This document shows positions 10,712 to 19,782 of a stretch of DNA of 64,000 nt, one piece after another. Below the pieces are notes generated by a model. That model worked only from the letters and a program-made list of their open reading frames with translations, was not told where the DNA came from and searched no databases. Made by a program: the position numbers and the translations under genes. Source of the stretch: Burkholderiales bacterium. Lineage in GTDB: Bacteria > Pseudomonadota > Gammaproteobacteria > Burkholderiales > SG8-39. Every line of letters starts with the position of its first letter. Within the stretch, counting starts at the first letter, position 1. The stretch lies in NCBI GenBank assembly GCA_035280025.1, contig DATEGT010000195.1:698-64697 (forward strand), read 5' to 3'.

Positions 10712-11632
10712 TCATGCCCGAGGGTGGTGGTCGCTGTGCAGCTTCTTGAGCCGCTCTCGCGCCACGTGGGTGTAGATTTGCGTCGTCGAGATGTCCGCGT
10801 GGCCTAGGAGCAGCTGCACGACGCGCAGATCCGCACCGTGATTCAGAAGGTGGGTGGCGAACGCGTGGCGCAAAGTGTGCGGCGAGAGCGCCCTGCCGGG
10901 AATGGCGCTGGCGGCCCGCTTCTTGAGAAGATGCCAGAATGCCTGCCGCGTCATGGGCGCGCCGCGGCCGGTGACGAACACGTAGTCGCTCGAGCGTTTT
11001 TTCAGGATCGCGAGGCGGCCCTCTTTCGAATAACGCGAGAGCCAGCCGAGCGCCTCCTCGCCCAGCGGCACCAGACGCTCCTTGCCGCCCTTGCCGAAGA
11101 CCCGCACTACGCCCATGTCGTAACTCAGCTCGGCAAGCTTCAGGCGCACGAGCTCCGACACGCGCAGCCCGGTCGCGTAGAGCACCTCCAGCATGGCGCG
11201 GTCTCGCAGGCCCAGGGGCGACGCCGCGTCCGGCCGCACCAGAAGGGCCTCGACGTCTTCTTCTGAAAGCGTCTTGGGAAATCGCGGAGGTTTCTTCGGC
11301 GGATCGAGCTTCAGCGTAGGGTCGACCTGGACGCGGCGCCCGCGGGCGAAGAATTGGTAGAAGCGCTTGAGGCTCGAGTGCAGCCGCGCCTGGGTGCTCG
11401 AGCGGATGCCGTGCTTGACGCCGGCGCCTCCGCGCGATGAGCGCGACGCGAGATACTCGGCGAGATCGGCTTCCGTCGCCTGCAGCAAGGAGGGCCGTTG
11501 CCGCCGCTCGTGCCATTGGGCGAACAGCCGCAGATCGCGCCGATAAGAATCGAGGGTGTTTTTCGCCAGCCCGTCCTCGAGCCAGACAGCGTCGCAGAAC
11601 TCATCGAGCAGAGCCGCGTTGTGCGCGTTCAT
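10712..11632 (-). CDS. xerD: site-specific tyrosine recombinase XerD
   Basis: Start ATG 11632 (MNAHNAALLDEFCDAVWLEDGLAKNTLDSYRRDL), a 4-nt ATGA overlap with the ogt stop. Catalytic HTLRHAFATHLL and LLGHADISTTQIYTHV are present. The track's 510-aa ORF is an upstream artefact. Confidence 0.9.
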   Translation of the reverse strand: MNAHNAALLDEFCDAVWLEDGLAKNTLDSYRRDLRLFAQWHERRQRPSLLQATEADLAEYLASRSSRGGAGVKHGIRSSTQARLHSSLKRFYQFFARGRRVQVDPTLKLDPPKKPPRFPKTLSEEDVEALLVRPDAASPLGLRDRAMLEVLYATGLRVSELVRLKLAELSYDMGVVRVFGKGGKERLVPLGEEALGWLSRYSKEGRLAILKKRSSDYVFVTGRGAPMTRQAFWHLLKKRAASAIPGRALSPHTLRHAFATHLLNHGADLRVVQLLLGHADISTTQIYTHVARERLKKLHSDHHPRA

Positions 11633-12117
11633 CGCGCGGCCGCAGCTCCTTCGTGCGCGAGGAGCCAGCGCTTGACCGAGAGATGGAACCCGCCCTCGTA
11701 GTGGGCGAATCCCCCGATACCGCCCGCCGCGAGGACGCGGTGGCAAGGCACCACCAGCGGAAGCGGATTGGCTCCGCACGCCTGCCCGACCGCGCGGGCG
11801 GCGGAGTCGATCTCGCGCGCGATCTCGCCGTAGCTTCGCGTGCGGCCCGGGGCGATAGCGGCGATGCTCGACCATACGCGGCGCTGGAACGGCGTCCCAC
11901 AGGCGGCCAGCGGGAGGTCGAAGCGGAATTCCGGATCCGAGAGATAATTTTCCAGCTGCGCGCAGGCGCGCTCGGCGACGCCGTCGCGGGGCGCGAGCAG
12001 CGCCCCCCCCGGCTTGAGAAAAACGATCTCGGCGAGGCGGTCGCCGGAAGTTCGAACGCCCAGGGCGCCGAAGGGTGCCCGCACCTTGGCCTGAAAGGAT
12101 CCCGGCGTGGTCGGCAT
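11629..12117 (-). CDS. ogt: methylated-DNA--protein-cysteine methyltransferase
   Basis: 162 aa with the active-site PCHRV motif (LPLVVPCHRVLAAGG). Confidence 0.9.
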   Translation of the reverse strand: MPTTPGSFQAKVRAPFGALGVRTSGDRLAEIVFLKPGGALLAPRDGVAERACAQLENYLSDPEFRFDLPLAACGTPFQRRVWSSIAAIAPGRTRSYGEIAREIDSAARAVGQACGANPLPLVVPCHRVLAAGGIGGFAHYEGGFHLSVKRWLLAHEGAAAAR

Positions 12118-12134
12118 CGGAGGATTCTAGCGCG

Positions 12135-14165
12135 CTACGCCGCCGACCTGGCCATCCGCCTGCGCAACATTTGCATGACGACGACCACCGCAAACAGGCC
12201 GAACCCGGCGAAGTCTGCGGAGGTCGTCGGATAGACGAGCGCAAGTCCGGCTGCGATCAACATCCATTTCTCGATCCAGTTCGTGCGTCCGAGCATCCAC
12301 CCCTGCACCCCCCCGGCGAGAGCTGCAATGCCGATCGCGGCGGTGCCCGTCACCACGGCGATCGAGCCCCAGTCGGCCTGGCCCAGCGTCTTCATCGACC
12401 CCGTGAGAAGCAGACCTATCCCCGAGGGGTCGAGCACGAACATGAACGGGACGAGGAAGGCCGGCAGCGTGTATTTCCATGACTGCAGCGTCGTCTTGTA
12501 CGGGTCGCCTCCCGTGATCGCCGCCGCTGCAAAGGGAGAGAGCGCTGTTGGAGGCGAGACCTCGGACAGCACCGCATAGTAGAAGATGAACATGTGCGCA
12601 GCGAAATCCGGCACGCCGAGCTTGATCAGGGCCGGCGCCGCGATCACCGCGCAGATGATGTAGGACGCCGTCACCGGTACCGCGAGGCCGACGATCCAGA
12701 CGATGAACGATGTATAGACGGCGGTCAGCAGCAGCGAGCCGCCGGCGTACTCGATGATGATCGCGCTGAATTTCAGACCCAGTCCGGTTAGGGTGACCAC
12801 GCCGACGATCAGCCCTGCGCCCGCGCAGGTGATGGCGACGTTCAGCACCCCGGTCGAGCCCGCCTCGAGCGCCTTGAAGAATTTCGATTGGAAGATGCCC
12901 TTCACCCACGGCTCGCGGCCCCGAAGCAGGTCGTACGAGAACATCGCGCAGTCGCGGTGAAGGAAGCTCGTCACGAAAGAGGCAACCGTCGCCCAGAATA
13001 CGGACATCACGGGTGAGTAGCCGAGGAGCATGAAGACGACGATCGATACGAGCGACAGGAAATGGAACCAATACTGTTTGGTCAGTTTCCAAAGCGATTC
13101 CACGTGCTCCATGCGCACGCCGCTCATGCCGAACTTGCGCGCGTCGATCTCGACCATGAGGAAGAGCGCGAAGTAATACAGGCAGGTCGGGATCGTCGCC
13201 ATCAACAGCACGTCGAGGTAGGAGATCTTCAGAAACTCCGCGATGAGGAAAGCGGCGGCGCCGAGCACGGGCGGCGAGATGATCGCGCCCAGACCTCCCG
13301 CAGCCAGCAACCCGCCTGCCGCGTCCTTGCTGTAGCCCGCCTTGGCGAGCATCGGGTAGGCTACCGAACCCAGGGTCACCGTGGTCGCCACGCCGGACCC
13401 TGACGGCCCCCCGAGCAGGAACGACGCGAGTACGACCGTGCGGCCCGCTCCAGTGGATTTCCCGCCCATCGCGGAGAGCGAAAAGTCGATGAAAAACTTT
13501 CCGGCCCCCGAGAACTGGAGGAACGCGCCGAAGATGGTGAAGAGGATGATGAGCGAGGACGACACATCGACGGCCACGCCGAAGATCCCTTCGAGGGTCA
13601 TGTACATCTGTCCCACGAGGCGCCCGACTTCGTAACTGCGGTGCGCCCACGATCCCGGCAGGTGCTCTCCGAACAGGGCGTAAAGAAGGAAGGCGATCAC
13701 CACGGCGGGGATGATCCAGCCGGAAGCGCGTCGCATGCCTTCCAGGATCATCAGGATCAGCAGCACGCCGAAGAAGATGTCCCAGTTGTCCGGGGCGGTG
13801 TTGCGGTCCCAGAAATCGTCGCCGCCCTGGACGATGTAGACAACGACAGCGATCGCGGTGATCGCAACGATCCAGTCCCACCACATGATGCGGTGGCGAT
13901 ACCGCTGTGAAACCGGAAACAGGAGATAGACGAGAAATAGCACGAACCCGACGTGCACGGGTCGCATCACCTGGGTCGGCACGATGTAATACGCCGAATA
14001 GAGGTGGAACAGCGACATCACTATCGCCATTCCGGTGACGAACACACCGAGGCGGCCGGGAAGCCGGTTCGTCCGGCCCTCTTCCTCCTCGATGAATTCC
14101 TCGGCTTTCTTCAGTGCATCGGCGTCGACTCCTGCGGCACCGGGCAGCTTCACAATCTCGCTCAT
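12135..14165 (-). CDS. TRAP transporter fused permease (TAXI-associated 4TM/12TM type)
   Basis: 676-aa polytopic membrane protein directly downstream of a TAXI-type solute receptor gene. Confidence 0.85.
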   Translation of the reverse strand: MSEIVKLPGAAGVDADALKKAEEFIEEEEGRTNRLPGRLGVFVTGMAIVMSLFHLYSAYYIVPTQVMRPVHVGFVLFLVYLLFPVSQRYRHRIMWWDWIVAITAIAVVVYIVQGGDDFWDRNTAPDNWDIFFGVLLILMILEGMRRASGWIIPAVVIAFLLYALFGEHLPGSWAHRSYEVGRLVGQMYMTLEGIFGVAVDVSSSLIILFTIFGAFLQFSGAGKFFIDFSLSAMGGKSTGAGRTVVLASFLLGGPSGSGVATTVTLGSVAYPMLAKAGYSKDAAGGLLAAGGLGAIISPPVLGAAAFLIAEFLKISYLDVLLMATIPTCLYYFALFLMVEIDARKFGMSGVRMEHVESLWKLTKQYWFHFLSLVSIVVFMLLGYSPVMSVFWATVASFVTSFLHRDCAMFSYDLLRGREPWVKGIFQSKFFKALEAGSTGVLNVAITCAGAGLIVGVVTLTGLGLKFSAIIIEYAGGSLLLTAVYTSFIVWIVGLAVPVTASYIICAVIAAPALIKLGVPDFAAHMFIFYYAVLSEVSPPTALSPFAAAAITGGDPYKTTLQSWKYTLPAFLVPFMFVLDPSGIGLLLTGSMKTLGQADWGSIAVVTGTAAIGIAALAGGVQGWMLGRTNWIEKWMLIAAGLALVYPTTSADFAGFGLFAVVVVMQMLRRRMARSAA

Positions 14166-14191
14166 CCCGCCTCCTGGGCCCGCGCCACCCG

Positions 14192-15154
14192 CTACTGGAT
14201 CCTGATTCCGCGCTCCGCGAAGTATTTGATCGCTCCCGGGTGGAACGGGATCGGCGACGCCGAGGCCTTCTGGTTCGCGAGCGTGAAGTTCTCGGATTCC
14301 TTGTGCACCGCCACCAGGTCCGCCTTGTGGTCAAAGATCGTCTTGACGATTTCGTAAGCGACCTTGTCGCTCAGGTTCTGGTTGGAAACCAGGATGTTCC
14401 AGACGGTCGCAATCTTGTTATCCGCATCCATTCCCTTGTAGGTGCTCTTCGGGATCGAGTCGTGCACATAGAGCGGACCGTACTTTTTGTTCATCTTGTC
14501 GACCGTATCGGTGTGGTCGATCATCTTGATCTTGATTCCGGGCGTGTTCGCTAGGTCGGTGACGGCCGCGGTCGGCAAGCCGCCCACCCAAAAGAACGCG
14601 TCGATCTTCCGATCCTTGATGGCGTTCACCGATTCAGCGGCGCCGAGACGCTCGCGCGTCATGTCGCGGTCCTTGTCGAGCCCCGCCGCCTCGATGACGC
14701 GGAAGGCCATCACTTCGGTGGCGCTCCCGGGAGAGCCGGTCGAGACGCGCTTGCCCTTCAAATCGGCCATCTTGGTGATCCCGGTTCCTTCGATCGTCAC
14801 TACGTGCATGCGGTTGGGATAGAGGACCATCAGCGTCCGCAGCGGCACCTTGGTGCCCTTGAACTTGTCCTCTCCACGGTAGGCGTCCTGCCCGGCATCG
14901 GCCATCGAGAACGCGATATAAGGCTTGCCGGTAGCTATCAGTTTCAGGTTGTCCACCGAGCCACCGGTCACTTCGGCCGTCGCCTGCATTCCCGGCACGT
15001 ATTTCGACAGAATATTTGCCAGGCCGCCGCCTATCGGGTAGTACACGCCGCCCGTGCCGCCCGTGGCGATCGACAAGCTGTACTTTTCCTGCGCGAGCGC
15101 GCCGCCCGACACCGCGAGGGCCGCGCCGAACGCCGCACATGCAAGTCCTCTCAT
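14192..15154 (-). CDS. TAXI-family TRAP transporter solute-binding protein
   Basis: Start ATG 15154 (SD GGAGG). Signal peptide MRGLACAAFGAALAVSGGALA followed by SIATGGTGGVYYPIGGGLA, typical of the TAXI family. The upstream part of the track ORF is rejected. Confidence 0.9.
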   Translation of the reverse strand: MRGLACAAFGAALAVSGGALAQEKYSLSIATGGTGGVYYPIGGGLANILSKYVPGMQATAEVTGGSVDNLKLIATGKPYIAFSMADAGQDAYRGEDKFKGTKVPLRTLMVLYPNRMHVVTIEGTGITKMADLKGKRVSTGSPGSATEVMAFRVIEAAGLDKDRDMTRERLGAAESVNAIKDRKIDAFFWVGGLPTAAVTDLANTPGIKIKMIDHTDTVDKMNKKYGPLYVHDSIPKSTYKGMDADNKIATVWNILVSNQNLSDKVAYEIVKTIFDHKADLVAVHKESENFTLANQKASASPIPFHPGAIKYFAERGIRIQ

Positions 15155-15261
15155 GATTCCCTCCTTTGAAATGATTCGTCCCTGAGACGAGCCGGCGGTG
15201 GACCCGCCGTTGTCCCCGTGGATTATCCGCGAGCGGCTCGCCCGCGCCAAGGGGCCGCGCT

Positions 15262-15684
15262 CTACTTCGCGAAGAGCCTGCCGATGTCCTTGAATGCCTT
15301 GAACTCGAGGGCGTTTCCGCACGGGTCGAGCAGGAACATCGTCGCCTGCTCTCCCGGCTCGCCCTTGAAACGCACGTGCGGTTCGATGACGAAGCCCGCG
15401 CCGGCGGCCTTGAGCCTTTCGGCGAGCCGCTCCCATTCGTGCATCGGCAGGACGGCGCCGAAATGGCGGACCGGGACGCTGTCCCCGTCGACGGCGTTCG
15501 TGCTCACTTGGCCGGCCTGTTCCGGCGCGAGATGCGCCACGATCTGGTGCCCGTAGAAATCGAAGTCCACCCACTCGGGCGCGGAGCGCCCCTCGCGGCA
15601 CCCGAGCAGTCCGCCGTAGAAGGCGCGAGCCTTCTCGAGGCTCGTCACCGGGAATGCAAGATGGAACGGCGGCAGCACGGTCAT
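15262..15684 (-). CDS. VOC (glyoxalase/bleomycin-resistance/dioxygenase) family protein
   Basis: 140 aa, [29 protein letters not shown]...HFGAVL... Begins 4 nt after the cytochrome c stop. Confidence 0.7.
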   Translation of the reverse strand: MTVLPPFHLAFPVTSLEKARAFYGGLLGCREGRSAPEWVDFDFYGHQIVAHLAPEQAGQVSTNAVDGDSVPVRHFGAVLPMHEWERLAERLKAAGAGFVIEPHVRFKGEPGEQATMFLLDPCGNALEFKAFKDIGRLFAK

Positions 15685-15688
15685 CCGC

Positions 15689-16270
15689 TCACTGCGGGTT
15701 CAGGCCTGCGACGTAGTCGGCAAGGATCTCGATATCTTTGTCCTTGAGAGGCTCGGCCGCCGCAGTCATGTTCCCGTCGAGATCGGCGCGCGTGCGCGCC
15801 TTGAACTTGCGCAGCTGCACGAGCAGGTAGTCATACTGCTGCCCGGCGATCCGCGGGATGTGCTGCTGGCCGTGAAGAGCGGGTCCGTGGCATTGGACAC
15901 AATTGAACTGCTGCGCGAGCTTCGGTCCGGCTGCGGCGTTCTCCGGCGATGTCTTGTGCGTCGGCGCCGCCGGCTTCTGCTTGGAGAAATAGGCGGCCAG
16001 CTCGTTCATCTCCTTGTTGCTCAGGTTCGCCGCCATCGGGCTCATTTGCGCGTCTTTGCGGTTGCCCTCGCGAAACTGATAGAGCTGGGTGGAAATCGCC
16101 TGCTCGGGCTGCCCGGCGAGCGACGGATTCGCGGCAATCACCGAGTTCCCGTCGGGTCCGTGGCACGCAGCGCACAGTTGCGGATCGGCCGCGAGAGCCG
16201 GGTCCCATGCGCAAAAGCAAAGCGCGGCGGCCCACGCCGCCGCGCCCGATTTGCCGAAAATGCCGTTCAC
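15689..16270 (-). CDS. dihaem c-type cytochrome (c4-like), periplasmic
   Basis: 193 aa with a signal peptide and two CxxCH motifs (CAACHG, CVQCHG). GTG start overlaps the dehydrogenase stop (GTGA). Confidence 0.85.
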   Translation of the reverse strand: MNGIFGKSGAAAWAAALCFCAWDPALAADPQLCAACHGPDGNSVIAANPSLAGQPEQAISTQLYQFREGNRKDAQMSPMAANLSNKEMNELAAYFSKQKPAAPTHKTSPENAAAGPKLAQQFNCVQCHGPALHGQQHIPRIAGQQYDYLLVQLRKFKARTRADLDGNMTAAAEPLKDKDIEILADYVAGLNPQ

Positions 16271-17490
16271 TTCTTCGCGTAGCTGACGCGGTAGAGGATA
16301 CCGTTATAGTCGTCCGAGAACAGCAGCGATCCGTCCTTCATCTGCAGGATGTCCACGGGACGGCCCCACATGGGCGGGTCGGCCTTCTCGTCCTGCAGGA
16401 AGCCGGTGAGGAAGGGCGTCATCTTCGGGTTACCGTTCGCGTCGAAGGTCACGTGCATGATGTTGTAGCCCTGCTTCGGCTGGCGGTTCCACGAGCCGTG
16501 CATCGCGATGAACATGGTGTTCTGATACTCGGCCGGAAACATCTTGCCGCTGTAGAACTTCACGCCCAGCGGCGCGATATGCGTGCCGAGCTTGAGCGCC
16601 GGCTTGGTGAACTCCTTGCACGAGCGGTTCTTGCCGTAATCCGGATCGATCGTGTCGCCCTGGTGGCAGAACGGATATCCGAAGTTGGGCACGCTCTTCG
16701 CGGCGATGGAGACGCGGTGCAGCGTATCGTTCGGCGAGTTGTCGCCCAGCCAGTCGCGCCCGTGGTTGGTGAACCACACCTCCTTTGTCTTCGGGTTGAA
16801 GGTGATGCCCACGGAGTTGCGCACGCCCAGCGCCACGGTCTCGAGCTTGCCGTCTGCGGGGTTGACGCGCATGACCGAAGCCTGCATGTAGCTCGGCATC
16901 ACGATGTTTCCTGGCGCGCCGATGTTGAAGTAGAGCTTGCCGTCCGGTCCAAGCGCCAGGTACTTCCAGAAGTGCCCGGGCTGCTGCGTCGGGTCGAGGC
17001 CGTCGATCACCACCTTGGGTGCCGGTGGATTGTCGAGGTTCCCCTCGATGCCGTCGTAGCGGCTTATGCGATCGCGTTCGGCGACGTACAGCGTGCCCTT
17101 GTTGAACACGATCCCGTTCGGCGAATTCAGCCCCTTGAGAACGGTCTTCACCTCGCGCTTGCCGCCCTCGTCGACCACGGCGTAGACGTTCTTTGCGATG
17201 CGATTGCTGACGAACACCGTGCCCTTGTCGCCAAGCGCGAGCGAGCGGGCTTCCGGAATGCCTTCCGCCCACACTTCCACCTTGAAGCCGGCTGGAACCT
17301 TGAGCTTGTCGACCGGCAGATCCTTGGCGGCACGGCCGGTCATGTGGGGGGCGAACGGGTGCAGCGTGGACTTCTCCTGTTCAGGCGTCATGCCCTGCTT
17401 CCAGGAGGGCGGCGCGGCCGGGGCCTGAGCCAGCGCAACCGCGGCGAAGGGTGCGAGGAATAGTGCGGCTAAAGCCTTGCGGAAATGCAT
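16267..17490 (-). CDS. PQQ-dependent sugar/sorbosone dehydrogenase family protein (beta-propeller, periplasmic)
   Basis: 407 aa, SD AGGAGGAG, signal peptide MHFRKALAALFLAPFAAVALA. Propeller-type repeats (GLNSPNGIVF, LGVRNSVGITF, PLGVKFY, RPVDI). Adjacent to the pqq operon. Confidence 0.8.
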   Translation of the reverse strand: MHFRKALAALFLAPFAAVALAQAPAAPPSWKQGMTPEQEKSTLHPFAPHMTGRAAKDLPVDKLKVPAGFKVEVWAEGIPEARSLALGDKGTVFVSNRIAKNVYAVVDEGGKREVKTVLKGLNSPNGIVFNKGTLYVAERDRISRYDGIEGNLDNPPAPKVVIDGLDPTQQPGHFWKYLALGPDGKLYFNIGAPGNIVMPSYMQASVMRVNPADGKLETVALGVRNSVGITFNPKTKEVWFTNHGRDWLGDNSPNDTLHRVSIAAKSVPNFGYPFCHQGDTIDPDYGKNRSCKEFTKPALKLGTHIAPLGVKFYSGKMFPAEYQNTMFIAMHGSWNRQPKQGYNIMHVTFDANGNPKMTPFLTGFLQDEKADPPMWGRPVDILQMKDGSLLFSDDYNGILYRVSYAKK

Positions 17491-17609
17491 ATCTCCTCCT
17501 TTTTTGACTGCTTAGGCGGGATGCGAGTCGTGTGAATCGGGAGCTTTGCCGGGTACGGTCCTAGTGTAGCCAGAGATGATCGGCATAATCAAGGCGGCCG
17601 CACTTCGGC

Positions 17610-17636
17610 TTGATTCCGGTCCGTTGGTGCTATACT
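17610..17636 (+). promoter_or_regulatory. candidate sigma-70 promoter for pqqA (TTGATT-N15-TATACT with TGn extended -10)
   Basis: TTGATT at 17610..17615. TGcTATACT ends at 17636, about 55 nt upstream of the pqqA ATG. The spacer is short, so this is tentative. Confidence 0.35.
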
Positions 17637-17690
17637 GGCCCGCGAGAAGCTTCAGGGCTTGAAGGCGCAACCTACTGAGGAGCCAAAACG

Positions 17691-17789
17691 ATGACTTGGG
17701 AAACCCCAGAGTTTGTCGAAGTGAAGATGGATGCCGAAATCAACTCCTATCAGGACGACTTCGGCGGCGACCGGGACACCGGCGTCTAA
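17691..17789 (+). CDS. pqqA: PQQ precursor peptide PqqA
   Basis: 32 codons, not in the ORF track: MTWETPEFVEVKMDAEINSYQDDFGGDRDTGV. Has the conserved E-x-x-x-Y (EINSY). SD GAGGAG is 8 nt upstream. Lies immediately upstream of pqqB. Confidence 0.85.
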   Translation: MTWETPEFVEVKMDAEINSYQDDFGGDRDTGV

Positions 17790-17879
17790 ATCCTCCGCCC
17801 CGCACCACAGCTCGTTTTCCTAGCTCCGGTTCCCGGGTGAACGTTCTCCGGGGGCGGTGGGGTCGTCTGCGCTTCCAAC

Positions 17880-18779
17880 ATGCGTATCCGGGTGCTGGGA
17901 GCTGCCGCCGGCGGGGGCTTTCCGCAGTGGAATTGCGGCTGCCCGAACTGCCGTGACGCGCGTTCGGGCGCGCTAGCCGCCAAACCGCTCACGCAGGAGT
18001 CCGTCGCGGTCAGCGCGGACGGTGAGCGCTGGCTTCTCCTCAACGCGTCGCCCGAGATCCGCTCCCAGATCGAGAGCAATTCGATTCTGCATCCCCGCGG
18101 GCCGCGTCATTCGCCGATCGCCGCCATTTTTCTCAGCAACGGCGACCTGGATCACTGCCTCGGCCTGCTCTCGCTCCGCGAATCGCACCCGCTCGTCATC
18201 TACGCGACCGAACGTGTGCGCCTCGGATTCACCGGGGGAAACGTCCTCTACCGGACCCTTCAGCGTTTCCCCGGCCAGGTGACGTGGCGGACGCTCGAGC
18301 CGGGGCGGGAAGCGGACCTCGGTCGACTCGCGGTGGGGGTCTTGCCTGCGCCGGGGAAGCCCCCGATCCACCTGGAAGGAAGCGGAATCTCCGATCCCGG
18401 TGATAATGTCGGCTTTCTGATTCACGACCGGGGCACAGGTAAGCGTCTGGCCTACTTTTCCGCCGCCGCCGCGATCACTCCGGCTATGAGAGCCGCTTTC
18501 GATACCGCCGATTGCGTCTTTTTCGACGGCACTTTCTGGTCGAGCGACGAGCTCATCGCGCTCGGTCTCGGCGACAAGCGCGCCGAGCAGATGGCACACC
18601 TCCCGGTGGGCGGCAAGGACGGCAGCTTGGAGGCGCTGGCAGGAATGCGCGCAAGCAAACGGATCTATATACATGTCAACAACACCAACCCGCTCTTGCG
18701 TCCCCACTCCGCGGAGCGCAGACAGGTCGAAGCCGGGGGCTGGGAAATCGCCTGCGACGGCATGGAGGTAGAGTTGTGA
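17880..18779 (+). CDS. pqqB: PQQ biosynthesis protein B (metallo-beta-lactamase fold)
   Basis: 299 aa, MRIRVLGAAAGGGFPQWNCGCPNC..., the typical PqqB N-terminus. Confidence 0.9.
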   Translation: MRIRVLGAAAGGGFPQWNCGCPNCRDARSGALAAKPLTQESVAVSADGERWLLLNASPEIRSQIESNSILHPRGPRHSPIAAIFLSNGDLDHCLGLLSLRESHPLVIYATERVRLGFTGGNVLYRTLQRFPGQVTWRTLEPGREADLGRLAVGVLPAPGKPPIHLEGSGISDPGDNVGFLIHDRGTGKRLAYFSAAAAITPAMRAAFDTADCVFFDGTFWSSDELIALGLGDKRAEQMAHLPVGGKDGSLEALAGMRASKRIYIHVNNTNPLLRPHSAERRQVEAGGWEIACDGMEVEL

Positions 18780-19507
18780 ATGCTCCAGGGCGCCCGCCGT
18801 TGCCGCGCGAGGAATTCGTCGAATGGCTGCGGCGCGAGGGCGAGGCGCGCTACCACGACCGCCACCGCTACCACGTGCTGATGCACGAGGGGAAACTCAC
18901 GCGCGCGCAACTCCAGCAGTGGGTCCTCAACCGGTACTACTACCAGACGCGCATTCCCGTCAAGGATGCGATCATCGTCTCCAAGTCCGAAGATCCGGCC
19001 TTCCGCCGCATGTGGATCCGCCGCATTCAAGAGCACGACGGCGAAACGCAGGGCGAAGGGGGACTCGCGCTTTGGTTGCGGCTCGCCGAGGGCGTCGGCC
19101 TGGATCGCGATGAGGTCTCGAGTTGCCGCTCGGTCCTGCCCGGCGTGCGCTTCGCCTGCGACGCCTACGTGGACCTAGTGCGCAGCCGCAGCCTGCTCGA
19201 GGCGGTGGCATCCTCGCTCACCGAATTCTTCGCGCCCGACATCATGACCAAGCGGGTCCTGGCCTGGGAAAAACATTACCCCTGGGTGAGCCCGGAGATG
19301 CTCGCGTACTTCCGCGGACGGGTGACGCGCGCGAAGCGCGATTCGGCCGAAGCCATCGAATTTGCCGTGCAGCACGCGACCAGCTACGAGCTCCAGGAGC
19401 GTTGCGTTGCCGCTCTGATCCGCAAGACCGAGATCCTGTGGCAATTGCTCGATTGCGTTTACGCCGCCTACATCGACCCCGCGTGGGGAACGGGCGGGCC
19501 GCGGTGA
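18776..19507 (+). CDS. pqqC: pyrroloquinoline-quinone synthase PqqC
   Basis: GTG 18776 overlaps the pqqB stop (GTGA). Reads ...EEFVEWLRREGEARYHDRHRYHVLMHEGKLTRAQLQQWVLNRYYYQ, the PqqC pattern. Confidence 0.9.
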   Translation: MNAPGRPPLPREEFVEWLRREGEARYHDRHRYHVLMHEGKLTRAQLQQWVLNRYYYQTRIPVKDAIIVSKSEDPAFRRMWIRRIQEHDGETQGEGGLALWLRLAEGVGLDRDEVSSCRSVLPGVRFACDAYVDLVRSRSLLEAVASSLTEFFAPDIMTKRVLAWEKHYPWVSPEMLAYFRGRVTRAKRDSAEAIEFAVQHATSYELQERCVAALIRKTEILWQLLDCVYAAYIDPAWGTGGPR

Positions 19508-19782
19508 TTCGCGCCGACACCCGGCCGCGGATCGCTTCCAAGGCGCGCCTGCGCTACGATCGCAAGACGGACCGCACCATGCTCCTCTATCCGGAGAAAG
19601 GCCTCGTGCTCAATCCGACCGCCGCCGAGATCGCCAAGCTGTGCACGGGAGAGCATTCGGTCGCAGCCATCGTCTCGCAGCTCGCCTCCCGGTACGGCAA
19701 GAACACCGCAGAGATCGAGGGCGAGGTGATGAAGTTCTTGACGGCTCTGGCCGAGCGCGGCCTGCTGCAGGAGGCCACTTGA
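19504..19782 (+). CDS. pqqD: PQQ biosynthesis peptide chaperone PqqD
   Basis: GTG 19504 overlaps the pqqC stop (GTGA). Reads RLRYDRKTDRTMLLYPEKGLVLNPTAAEIAKLCTGEHS. Confidence 0.9.
   Translation: MIRADTRPRIASKARLRYDRKTDRTMLLYPEKGLVLNPTAAEIAKLCTGEHSVAAIVSQLASRYGKNTAEIEGEVMKFLTALAERGLLQEAT

Noticed and set aside
10712-11632. Tyrosine recombinase as a marker of a mobile element or prophage
   Set aside because: The N-terminal and catalytic motifs match chromosomal XerD. The neighbours are housekeeping genes (folB, ogt, plsY). No att-like repeats or phage genes were seen.
11633-12244. Long N-terminal extension of xerD suggested by the 510-aa track ORF
   Set aside because: The extension overlaps the well-supported ogt gene in another frame and is Arg/Pro-rich nonsense. 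The XerD homology begins at ATG 11632, which forms an ATGA junction with ogt.
15193-15209. Hairpin CGGCGG-tggac-CCGCCG downstream of the VOC gene as a terminator
   Set aside because: No U-rich tract follows on the coding (minus) strand. It could equally belong to the TRAP operon promoter region. The evidence is too weak to annotate.
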